Part shown: piece by piece, positions 7,188 to 15,877 of the stretch
How the letters are laid out: each line of letters begins with the position of its first letter
Position numbering within the stretch: the first letter of the stretch is position 1
Origin: a virus
Taxonomy: Duplodnaviria > Caudoviricetes
Virus record (IMG/VR): IMGVR_UViG_3300023214_000296
Span: 1-36,743 of that record
Length of the DNA: 36,743 nucleotides
Reading direction: 5' to 3' (one strand)
Position numbers and translations under genes: made by a program
Notes under the pieces: generated by a model
Seen by the model: the letters and a program-made list of their open reading frames with translations, nothing else
Database searches by the model: none
What the model was told of the DNA's origin: nothing

Positions 7188-7883
7188 ATGAAGAAGTGTT
7201 TTAGGTGTCAAAAACTAAAAGTTGACAGCGAGTATTATTCAAACAAGTCTTGGTGTAAACAATGTCATTCTGAATACTATAAGTCTAAGACATATAGTAA
7301 ACGTGGGAAGGACAAGCAGGTAAGAGACGACCTTCCAAATGGAAATAGAGTTTGCAATTCCTGCAAGAAAGAGATGTTACTTGAAGCTTTTCCTAAAAAC
7401 AAGAAATGCACGAGTGGTTGCGAAAGAAAATGTAAAAGGTGCACATATCGAGCAAGAGACAGTAAGCGGCCTAAGATGCGCGAACAACAGATGGAGTGGT
7501 ATCAAAACAATAAAGATAGAATCTTAGAGATGCGTAAAGAATACTACAAAGAAAACAGAGAGCGAATTAAAACTTATTCTCGTCAGTACCATAAGGACAA
7601 TCCAGAAGTAGCTCGTGCAGCATTTCATCGTCGCAGAGCACATATCCAAAATAATGGCCGTAATAATCTAACCTCTACCCAAATTAAGTGGATGTTTGAT
7701 AGTTTTCCTTATTGTATTTACTGTGGTATAGAAGAGGGTTTAACAATTGACCATATTATTCCAATTTCAAAGGGTGGTGAAAACACACTTGATAATATCG
7801 TTCCAGCTTGTTTACCATGCAATAACGAAAAACGAGCAAAAGAAGTCGAGGTTGAAAACCCTGTGAAAAGTGCTACAAAATAG
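7188..7883 (+). CDS. HNH endonuclease with N-terminal CxxC repeats (probable homing endonuclease)
   Basis: CIYCG..LTIDHIIPISKGGENTLDNIVPACLPCNNEK; two N-terminal CxxC..CKxC modules. Confidence 0.88.
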   Translation: MKKCFRCQKLKVDSEYYSNKSWCKQCHSEYYKSKTYSKRGKDKQVRDDLPNGNRVCNSCKKEMLLEAFPKNKKCTSGCERKCKRCTYRARDSKRPKMREQQMEWYQNNKDRILEMRKEYYKENRERIKTYSRQYHKDNPEVARAAFHRRRAHIQNNGRNNLTSTQIKWMFDSFPYCIYCGIEEGLTIDHIIPISKGGENTLDNIVPACLPCNNEKRAKEVEVENPVKSATK

Positions 7884-7931
7884 CTATTCAAATTAATTAT
7901 GGGCTATTATCACTAGATTGGGGGGAGATTC

Positions 7932-8369
7932 ATGCAAAGCATTCCACTTAGTAAAAACGTAGACGAATTCGTTCCTAAGGAGCGATGGGTTGTATCTTTA
8001 TCAAATGGCGAGACCATTTATGACGATAGGCGCCCTGGAATAATTCCAGCGTGGGAGCGCCTTGGACAATATTGCCTAGAGAACGATTTAAGTATTACAA
8101 AATTACGTATGCGTATCAAGGGTGTTGAAATTAAACTTCCATCAAATCAAGATGGGTATTTCCAGAAAAAGGTCGCATGGGCCACAATGAACGCTAGCGG
8201 CCAGCGGTTGTGCATTGGGTATATCCAAGGCAACCATTGTTTAACATACGAGGTGGATTCCTCTGGTGATTCTCGGACCATTAGGCCGGGACATCCAGAT
8301 TATCAGGGTCCGCCGCCTTTTCCATGGAGTATATATAAAAGAGAATTGCGCAATGCCGTTGCCAACTAG
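7932..8369 (+). CDS. Hypothetical protein, 145 aa
   Basis: ORF with GGAG SD. Confidence 0.75.
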   Translation: MQSIPLSKNVDEFVPKERWVVSLSNGETIYDDRRPGIIPAWERLGQYCLENDLSITKLRMRIKGVEIKLPSNQDGYFQKKVAWATMNASGQRLCIGYIQGNHCLTYEVDSSGDSRTIRPGHPDYQGPPPFPWSIYKRELRNAVAN

Positions 8370-8547
8370 GAAGAAGGGCGAGGAAAAACAAGCTTTTGTT
8401 TCTCGCTGTATGTCTGAGCTAACCAAAAAAGGAGAGGGTAAAGATGCTGCGCAGCGCGCAGCTATTTGTCATTCAAGAGCAACACAATTGAGCAATCCTG
8501 AATTGAGTGCGATGAGACAATTGATAGCAAAGTTGAGATATGAGTAA
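8353..8547 (+). CDS. Small phage protein, 64 aa (MPLP..F.SRCM..QR.AIC type)
   Basis: Start moved to ATG 8353; motif recalled from phage head-region proteins; overlaps neighbours. Confidence 0.6.
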   Translation: MPLPTRKKGEEKQAFVSRCMSELTKKGEGKDAAQRAAICHSRATQLSNPELSAMRQLIAKLRYE

Positions 8548-9295
8548 AAAGGGAAGATTCCAACCTTGGGAAGATAAAATCGTACACGATTTGTGGCGAA
8601 CCCATACTGATAAACAAATAGCAAAAGAGATTGGCAGAACTGAGCGCGCCGTAACTACTAGGCGCAAAAGACTTGGTTTAGATAAGCCAAATGGTCGTCC
8701 ATCCGAAGCTATGGTTGCTGAATCGCTTAGGAGTAACCCAACAGAATATAATATATCTAAGCTTTCAAAAGAAGACCGCATTAACATTTATCGGTTAGAG
8801 TTTGAGAAAAGCGCAAGGTATCCACATTTGATTTCAACACTCCTTCCAGAAGAGTTGGTGTACTACAAGAATAAATATATCAATACCATTGATTCTATGG
8901 ATAGCTGCACAGAATCGGAAGAGGACTTGGTGCACGCTATGATTATGAAGGAAATTGAAATTCTAAGAATTCAGCAGCAAATTAAAGATGCAATCGTAAA
9001 GAATAAAGAAGACCCAGAAGAGAATCAAAAACCAGCATTATGGATGTTTGAACAACTCAACAAATCAGAACAACAATACGTTAAATACAAGGAAAAACTA
9101 TATCAAACACGCGAGCAAAGATTAAAGAAGGGCGAAGAGTCAAAAATTAACATTGCGACTATCGTTCAAGCTTTTAGAGATAGGAACAATCGAAAGAAAG
9201 GTGGAGTTCTCGCTGGCGAAATGGCATACTTCACTCGTCGCTGCAAAGACGACATGACAAAGATGGATTTCCTATTAGGAGCAGCAGATGAGTAA
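8540..9295 (+). CDS. Putative terminase small subunit / HTH DNA-binding protein
   Basis: N-terminal HTH (TDKQIAKEIGRTERAVTTRRKRLGL), helical C-terminus; two genes upstream of TerL. Confidence 0.55.
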   Translation: MSKKGRFQPWEDKIVHDLWRTHTDKQIAKEIGRTERAVTTRRKRLGLDKPNGRPSEAMVAESLRSNPTEYNISKLSKEDRINIYRLEFEKSARYPHLISTLLPEELVYYKNKYINTIDSMDSCTESEEDLVHAMIMKEIEILRIQQQIKDAIVKNKEDPEENQKPALWMFEQLNKSEQQYVKYKEKLYQTREQRLKKGEESKINIATIVQAFRDRNNRKKGGVLAGEMAYFTRRCKDDMTKMDFLLGAADE

Positions 9296-9764
9296 GATGA
9301 CAATAATTTGCGACACAAGGGAACAAGTTGGCAAGGGTTGGAAATTCCGCGCTTCTGCTAACTGCAGGGGTGTAATTAGAGAAAAATTAGATGTTGGGGA
9401 TTATAGTCTTAAGGGATATGAACATCTTGTTTGTATAGAGCGAAAGACACTTGGTGACCTATATGGTACGCTCGGAAATCAAACAAACTATAATAGATTT
9501 CTCAAGGAGTGGGAGCGCGCGAAAGACCACCCAATCAAGATGCTTATAATTGAAGCTACGCTTGCTGAGGTAAATAAGGGATACCCATGGTCGCGCGTTC
9601 ACCCAAATAATATTCATGGAAAATTAATATCTCTTCAGGTAAAGCATAACGTCCATGTTGTTTTCGCTGGAAGAAAAGATAAGGCTCGCGCTTATACAAG
9701 GAAGCTATTAAGTAAACTTTGGAATTATTGTGAGGATGGAGTAATCTGTGCCGCCAAAGCTTGA
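9288..9764 (+). CDS. ERCC4-domain (XPF/Mus81-like) nuclease
   Basis: ICDTREQ, LDVGDYS and IERKTLGD (ERKxxxD) motifs. Confidence 0.85.
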   Translation: MSKMTIICDTREQVGKGWKFRASANCRGVIREKLDVGDYSLKGYEHLVCIERKTLGDLYGTLGNQTNYNRFLKEWERAKDHPIKMLIIEATLAEVNKGYPWSRVHPNNIHGKLISLQVKHNVHVVFAGRKDKARAYTRKLLSKLWNYCEDGVICAAKA

Positions 9765-12687
9765 GCGCCTCCCAATTGTCTATAATTTAGAAAAGGGAGA
9801 AAGGCTAATTAATGCATTCAATGAGCGAGAGGGTAAATTTGATGACCCTTACTTTGAATTTATTGATATCTGCTTAAACAACTTAACATGGGCCGTATAT
9901 CATATTTTGATGTGGCAAGGTAGACCGCTTCAATTAGCCCCATTCCAAAGTGTTATCTTAGAAACGCTGTGGAATAAAACATTCCCAATTCTCCTTGCAT
10001 CCCGCGGTGCCTCAAAGACGTTTATGCTTGCGGTTTACGCCGTGATGCGAGCGATATTGACGCCAGGCAGCAAGGTGGTTATTGTTGCTGCTTCTTTTCG
10101 TCAGTCAAAACTTGTGTTTGAGTATATCGAACAGTTATTTAATTATTCTCCCCTACTTAGAGCATGTTGTCCGACTGACAAAATTGAAAAACCAGCCGAC
10201 AAGGTTCAGCTAAAAATTGGAACTAGCGTAATTACTGCTTTACCGCTTGGCAATGGTGAAAAAATTCGTGGTATTCGTGCTTGCGTATCTGCTGACACCC
10301 TCATCGACACCGAAAGCGGACTGATTCCAGCCAAGGAAATCGTGGAGTCAAATAGAGACTGGTCCATTTATACATCTGAGGGATTTGAGACACCCAAAAC
10401 ATACTGTAGAACAAATCTTACTGATGTGCATGAAGTTGAAACGATATGTGGGTTTAAGATTCAATTTAGCGACATTCATCGAATTTATACAGACGATGGA
10501 TGGAAGGATATTGATACTCTAACAACCGACGATAGGTTGTGTTTGCATTCATCTAGAACATTTCCAGTTAGCGAAGTTTTGGTCGATAACGAAAAGACCC
10601 CAAATGAGCGACGTTCGGGCTACAATTTGCCAGAAACCGTAAACCAAGACGTGGCACGTTTGCTTGGCTATCTGATATCAGAAGGTAGTACCTCTAATCG
10701 CAACGGAACTATTTCATTTACAAATACCGATGCTGATATTATAAGGGATTATTGCGCGACATTTGAGAGGGTTTTTAATGTTAAGCCAGCGATATACCAG
10801 AAGGATTCGCATGTAGATAAGCGCGGGTGGGATTGTAAAAAATCCTATGAGGCAAAAATTTGCCGATTGGGCATTAGGAAATACCTCGAAAGAATAGGTT
10901 TAGATTACCTAAAGGCGCAAGACAAAACTATTCCGTGGTGTATTTTGCGTTCCACAAAGCCAGTCGTTACGGAATTCCTTAAGACACTATTTGAAAGTAA
11001 TGGAACTGCGGTGCTCTATAGGGATAGTAGACGAGATACAGATGAATTTTACATTGCATATTATTCTGCATCAAATAAGCTTTGTGCTCAATTACAAGTG
11101 CTTCTATTAAAATATGGCCTTATTGGTTCGCTTTCTCGGCGAAGCAAGTGCAATGTTAATTACCATTTGCGTCTTACGAAGAAATATGCTGCCGCTTTCG
11201 CCAAGGATGTCGGTTTTATTTCCTCTAGAAAGACTAGTATTTGCAAGGAGGCATTGGTAAAATTTAAGCCAAAATACTATGATGGCAGAAGTGTAAAAAT
11301 TAAAAAAATTAAAAAGTGTGTTCGTAAAGATATTCTTTATGATGTTTGTATGCCAGAAACGCATAAGTTTGTTGGAAATGGAATTGTAAATCATAATACC
11401 CACATCCTTGTTGATGAGTATGCTTCAATTAATCCAGAAGTCTTCCAGGTTGTTGTTAGGGGTTTTGCGTCTGTAAGCGCTAACCCAATTGAGGCCGCCA
11501 ATCAAATTCATAGGGAGCGTCAGGCAATTAAAGATGGCACAATGACGGTCAACCAAATGTCAAAGAGACAAGGAAACCAAATTGTCTATAGTGGAACTGC
11601 AAACTTCCAATTTAACCATTTTCATAAACTTTACCAAACACACAAGGGCATTATAGATAATCGCATTGTGGGTGACTCAGAAGAGGTAAACAAAAGACTA
11701 AACCTTAACGAGGACGACGCCCTATCTGAGGGCTTTTTGGATTATAGAGATTATGCAATTGTTCAGATTCCATATCAGGGGCTACCAGAAGGGTTTATGG
11801 ATGAAAAGCAAATTGCACAAGCTAAGGTTACTATGCCTAAATCACTTTTTCAAATGGAATATGAGTGTAAGTTTCCAACGGATTCAGACGGGTTCTATAA
11901 GAAAAGCTTGATTAATAGCGCAACGCCAGGCCATTCAGTTTGCGGTGGTGCCGCATTTCCAGTCGAAGTTAAAGGCCAAAGTGGCTTTGAATATGTTATG
12001 GGTGTTGACCCAGCTAGAAAAACGGATAACTTTGCTATTTCCGTATTGAAGCTACTTAAAGATGGGACGTATAAGAATGTATATTGCTATAGTATGAAGG
12101 GCAAGAAGTGGCCTGTCGCAACCCGCAAGGTTAGGGAAATTCTTGAGAAATTCAACATCGTGCGCATAGCTATGGATGCTGGCGGTGGTGGCACCACAGT
12201 AGAGGACCTTCTTCAAGATGATGCATTTTTACAGCCAGGAGAAAAGAAAATTTGGCGCTTCGATGATGACGAACACAAAATGTATGACGGTATTCATATT
12301 TTAGACATGGTTGACTTTGCGCCCAAATGGATTCGCGATGCAAACTATGACCTTGCAGCAGATATTGAACATCGCCGCTTGCTGTTTCCATATAGAACGC
12401 CTGAGGTTTCACCGGGTGATTTTGATGAGTTTGAAGCTGAGAAAGATGACACGTGGGACGAAATAGATGAACAGATTAAAGAAACCTGCATGATTACTGT
12501 TACAGCGACGAAAACTGGTATTCAACACTTCGACATCCCCGAGCTTCCTGCATCTCAGCAAAGCACACTAAAAACTTATCAGCGCAAGGACCGCTATTCC
12601 GCCCTATTACTTGCAAGTTATGCTGCTAGGTCATACCTCCAACAGGGGCAACGCACTATCCAACCAAGCGTAGGTGGATGGATTTAG
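9748..12687 (+). CDS. terL: Terminase large subunit, intein-containing
   Basis: Walker A ASRGASKT, Walker B ILVDE, RNase H-like GVDPA / MDAGGGG / KDRYSA. Confidence 0.92.
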   Translation: MPPKLERLPIVYNLEKGERLINAFNEREGKFDDPYFEFIDICLNNLTWAVYHILMWQGRPLQLAPFQSVILETLWNKTFPILLASRGASKTFMLAVYAVMRAILTPGSKVVIVAASFRQSKLVFEYIEQLFNYSPLLRACCPTDKIEKPADKVQLKIGTSVITALPLGNGEKIRGIRACVSADTLIDTESGLIPAKEIVESNRDWSIYTSEGFETPKTYCRTNLTDVHEVETICGFKIQFSDIHRIYTDDGWKDIDTLTTDDRLCLHSSRTFPVSEVLVDNEKTPNERRSGYNLPETVNQDVARLLGYLISEGSTSNRNGTISFTNTDADIIRDYCATFERVFNVKPAIYQKDSHVDKRGWDCKKSYEAKICRLGIRKYLERIGLDYLKAQDKTIPWCILRSTKPVVTEFLKTLFESNGTAVLYRDSRRDTDEFYIAYYSASNKLCAQLQVLLLKYGLIGSLSRRSKCNVNYHLRLTKKYAAAFAKDVGFISSRKTSICKEALVKFKPKYYDGRSVKIKKIKKCVRKDILYDVCMPETHKFVGNGIVNHNTHILVDEYASINPEVFQVVVRGFASVSANPIEAANQIHRERQAIKDGTMTVNQMSKRQGNQIVYSGTANFQFNHFHKLYQTHKGIIDNRIVGDSEEVNKRLNLNEDDALSEGFLDYRDYAIVQIPYQGLPEGFMDEKQIAQAKVTMPKSLFQMEYECKFPTDSDGFYKKSLINSATPGHSVCGGAAFPVEVKGQSGFEYVMGVDPARKTDNFAISVLKLLKDGTYKNVYCYSMKGKKWPVATRKVREILEKFNIVRIAMDAGGGGTTVEDLLQDDAFLQPGEKKIWRFDDDEHKMYDGIHILDMVDFAPKWIRDANYDLAADIEHRRLLFPYRTPEVSPGDFDEFEAEKDDTWDEIDEQIKETCMITVTATKTGIQHFDIPELPASQQSTLKTYQRKDRYSALLLASYAARSYLQQGQRTIQPSVGGWI
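10282..11397 (+). mobile_element. 372-aa intein with LAGLIDADG homing endonuclease domain
   Basis: Starts CVSADTLI, ends GIVNHN before Thr+1, just before Walker B; motifs LLGYLISEG and LKTLFESNG. Confidence 0.92.
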
Positions 12688-12695
12688 TGTATAAT
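12687..12695 (+). promoter_or_regulatory. GTGTATAA motif, candidate phage late promoter
   Basis: Intergenic copies also at 5534 and 25409; variant GTGTATTT at 15851. Confidence 0.4.
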
Positions 12696-12741
12696 CATAT
12701 TGCAGTAGAACTGTAGTGTGATAGTATTGAATGGAGGCATC

Positions 12742-13071
12742 ATGAGCGAGAATGGTAACGCCGGTTGGCCCGAATGGTCTAGGTTTATTCTAAAGGAACT
12801 CGAAAGATTAAATGAAGGTCAAACAGCAATTAGAGATGAGATTTATGGTATGAGAGCTGATATTAAAAAGATGCCCGCAATTGAAGAATCCGTTGGTGAG
12901 CTAAAAGAATGGAAGCGCGAAATTAGCGAAATCTATTCCCCTACGCAGCTATCCACTTCGAAAGCTGAACTAGAGGAAATGAAAACGTTTAAAACGCGCG
13001 CAGTTACAGTTTGGGTTGTTGTTCAAATTATCTTTGCAGTTACACTTGCAATTCTAGGTATTTATAAATGA
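12742..13071 (+). CDS. Coiled-coil protein with C-terminal transmembrane helix (possible holin-type)
   Basis: GGAGG SD before ATG 12742; AVTVWVVVQIIFAVTLAILGIY hydrophobic end. Confidence 0.6.
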   Translation: MSENGNAGWPEWSRFILKELERLNEGQTAIRDEIYGMRADIKKMPAIEESVGELKEWKREISEIYSPTQLSTSKAELEEMKTFKTRAVTVWVVVQIIFAVTLAILGIYK

Positions 13072-15380
13072 AAATTGGAATTCAAACGCCAGGACTAAGT
13101 GAACAGGATAGAAAAAATCTTGAAAAATCCGTAGCTGACTATATCGAAACCAACAATCAGCACAACAAGGCGATAGCAAGTTCTTTCGATATTCAGCGCC
13201 GCGGACAAAGCCTTCCTGGCGACACAGGGCATAATTTCGGACTATACGACTATGGCCTTCAGGGTTTTATGGGTGGTGGCCCATATAGCAACACATATCC
13301 CGGTTCACATTTTTTCAGTGGCATGTTTGGCGGCATTGGCGGCGGCAATGGTTATCTCTCCGGTGGCGGTTATGGCCTTGGGGCAAGCTCCTTATGGGGT
13401 TTTGGCGCTCAAGGTAGTCATGCTGGTTTTCGCAAAAATACGTCTGCTGCTCATCAAAAAATGGCAATGTGTGTTGCGTCCTATAAGGGTTTTGGCTTAG
13501 CTAAAAACGTAATTGACCTAATGGCGAATTTCGCGGCTGAAGGGCTAAAAATTAGACACCCATCAAAAACCGTTGAGCGCTTTTTGAATCGATGGGCTTT
13601 TCATTCAAATCTACAAGAGCGAGTAAAAGACATTTTGCGATACTACTATAAGTATGGCAATGTGTTTATTTATCGCGTGATGGCCAAGATTACAGAAGAA
13701 GCGTATACAAAGATGAAGCGTTCTAGGGCAAAACTAGAGAAGGGCTTTAGTGTAGCTTTAGACTTGGACCCAAATGGAAATCCACGTCAAACCGAACGAG
13801 AGGGTGACGTAGAGAAGGAAAAAGAGAAACCTTTATTTTCTCGCGAAATCCCATGGAAATACACACTCCTAAATCCATTTCAGATGGAACTCAGAGGAAG
13901 CAAGTTTTTTGGGAAGCATCGTTGGGTTTTCATATTAGACCAACATACAATTAATGACATGAATCAGGAAATTATTAGTAGTGGACGTTCATATATTGAT
14001 TTTCTAGACAAAACAGATATTAATCTTCCAGAGGAATTTATAAAGCTCTCTAAGGAGCAAAGCAAAGAAGCCCCAACTGGAGAATCGAGAGATGGTCGTG
14101 TTGTTGAGTTAAATCAAAACAACCTCTATACGATGCACTATATGAAAGATGACCACGAAGATTGGGCTGAGCCACTTCTATGGCCAGTTATGGCAGATAT
14201 CCACTACAAGAATAAGCTTCGCCAAATGGATATTTCTGTTTGTGATAGTGTTATTAATTCCATAACAATTTTCAAGCTTGGCTCAATTAAAGATGGGTAT
14301 ATTCCACCTAAGGAGCACTTAGATAAATTCGCTGAATTTTTGCGTTCGCCAACACAGGCTATGCAAATGGTTTGGAATGACGCTATTTCAATTGATAGCA
14401 GTTATCCGCCAGTAGAAAAAATTCTATCGATAGCCAAGTATGAAAGTGTTGATAGAGATATCCTACGAGGAATTGGTATTCCAGATAGCCTAATTGGTGG
14501 ACAAGTAAAGAGTAATTTTTCAACTGGATTCCTTGGGGTGCGCACACTACTAGAGCGCCTTGAAGAGGGTCGCAATACGGTTATGCGCTGGTTGCAATTA
14601 GAACTTGAGCTTTTGACTGAAACCCTGGGTTTTCGTAAGCAGCCACAAATCCGCTTTGGCAAGATGAGTCTTAGGGATGAAAAGGCTGAAAAACAACTAA
14701 TTCTTCAATTGTTAGATAGAAATATTATCTCAATTCAAGCTGTTCTTGAAACCTTTGGCGAAGATTTCGAAATCGAACTTGAGCGCCTCAAGGAAGAAGA
14801 CCAGATTAGAGATGATACTGGAGTGTTCCAGAAGCATTCACCCTATGTTGACCCAATTAACGACATGGACATGGAAGAGCAGCTCAAAAAAGAATCTGAG
14901 GTGCGCCAACAAGAAAAGCGTCTTGAGTTGCGTATGCGAAATAAGGAAAAGCGCAACTCTGGTCCAAATGGGCGCCCAGGTAATTCGGACGGTATTCCAC
15001 AAGAAAAACAAAGAGAGACAAAGCCACAGGGCATGGCTTGGCTTGTGGAGTATGAGGGATTGAAAAGCGCTGCACTTAAGCGCATAAAAGACGCCGAACG
15101 CATTACTTCAAAAATTATTCTCGATGCGCGCAACAAAAAGACTAGAAGAAGTCTAACCGCAAAGGAAATCAATGGAATTGAAATGGTTGCGTTCGCCGTT
15201 GTGTCTCAAAATATTGGCCAGATAACACCAAGTATGGTAAGAAAAACAATGAAAGAAAATCCAGTTATCCCTGGGGATATCTACCAATCTTATGTGGGTA
15301 TGAACGTTGAAAATGCAAGTAGTGACGTTAGAAAGGCCACTATGGCATCGTGTATTGCAATTAAATTGATTGAGGAGTAG
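13068..15380 (+). CDS. Portal protein
   Basis: Follows TerL; 770 aa; VIDLMANFAAEG, YYKYGNVFIY, ILRGIGIPDSLIGG, LLDRNIIS portal-like segments. Confidence 0.8.
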   Translation: MKIGIQTPGLSEQDRKNLEKSVADYIETNNQHNKAIASSFDIQRRGQSLPGDTGHNFGLYDYGLQGFMGGGPYSNTYPGSHFFSGMFGGIGGGNGYLSGGGYGLGASSLWGFGAQGSHAGFRKNTSAAHQKMAMCVASYKGFGLAKNVIDLMANFAAEGLKIRHPSKTVERFLNRWAFHSNLQERVKDILRYYYKYGNVFIYRVMAKITEEAYTKMKRSRAKLEKGFSVALDLDPNGNPRQTEREGDVEKEKEKPLFSREIPWKYTLLNPFQMELRGSKFFGKHRWVFILDQHTINDMNQEIISSGRSYIDFLDKTDINLPEEFIKLSKEQSKEAPTGESRDGRVVELNQNNLYTMHYMKDDHEDWAEPLLWPVMADIHYKNKLRQMDISVCDSVINSITIFKLGSIKDGYIPPKEHLDKFAEFLRSPTQAMQMVWNDAISIDSSYPPVEKILSIAKYESVDRDILRGIGIPDSLIGGQVKSNFSTGFLGVRTLLERLEEGRNTVMRWLQLELELLTETLGFRKQPQIRFGKMSLRDEKAEKQLILQLLDRNIISIQAVLETFGEDFEIELERLKEEDQIRDDTGVFQKHSPYVDPINDMDMEEQLKKESEVRQQEKRLELRMRNKEKRNSGPNGRPGNSDGIPQEKQRETKPQGMAWLVEYEGLKSAALKRIKDAERITSKIILDARNKKTRRSLTAKEINGIEMVAFAVVSQNIGQITPSMVRKTMKENPVIPGDIYQSYVGMNVENASSDVRKATMASCIAIKLIEE

Positions 15381-15382
15381 TA

Positions 15383-15826
15383 ATGCCAATAGGTAAGAAT
15401 ATTTACAACAAACTATCAAAAAGACATGGAGAGCGACACAAGCGACTACTTGAGCACGCAAAGCGCGTCGCAATTGGGGAAGATTCGCCAACGCCGCCAG
15501 AGGTTAATGGTATTAATAATATTCCAGTTGCAGCAAAACCAAAGAATGTCGATAGTCACATTCCACCTAGAAAGGTTTCTCCGATGGAGGGTGTCCCAGC
15601 AGTGAATAGTCAATCTGGCCCCGAAGTTGTCGAAAAGGCTGTTCATCCGCCAAGAGATAAATACCCACGGCTTAAAGCCAGCGAAGCTGCAATTAACCCA
15701 GCCCATGTTGCGAAATCTAAAAAAGCCACCCAGGGCTCAAATAAAGCAAAGAAAAGAGAACGTAGGTGTAGTCTTTGTCGAGAAACTGGACATACTAAAA
15801 AGACATGCAAAATGAGGCGCAAGTAG
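15383..15826 (+). CDS. Basic Pro-rich protein with C-terminal CCHC zinc knuckle
   Basis: CSLCRETGHTKKTC = CX2CX4HX4C. Confidence 0.7.
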   Translation: MPIGKNIYNKLSKRHGERHKRLLEHAKRVAIGEDSPTPPEVNGINNIPVAAKPKNVDSHIPPRKVSPMEGVPAVNSQSGPEVVEKAVHPPRDKYPRLKASEAAINPAHVAKSKKATQGSNKAKKRERRCSLCRETGHTKKTCKMRRK

Positions 15827-15877
15827 TTACACTTAATAAAAATATTCTAGGTGTATTTGATATTGAAAGGGGCGTAT

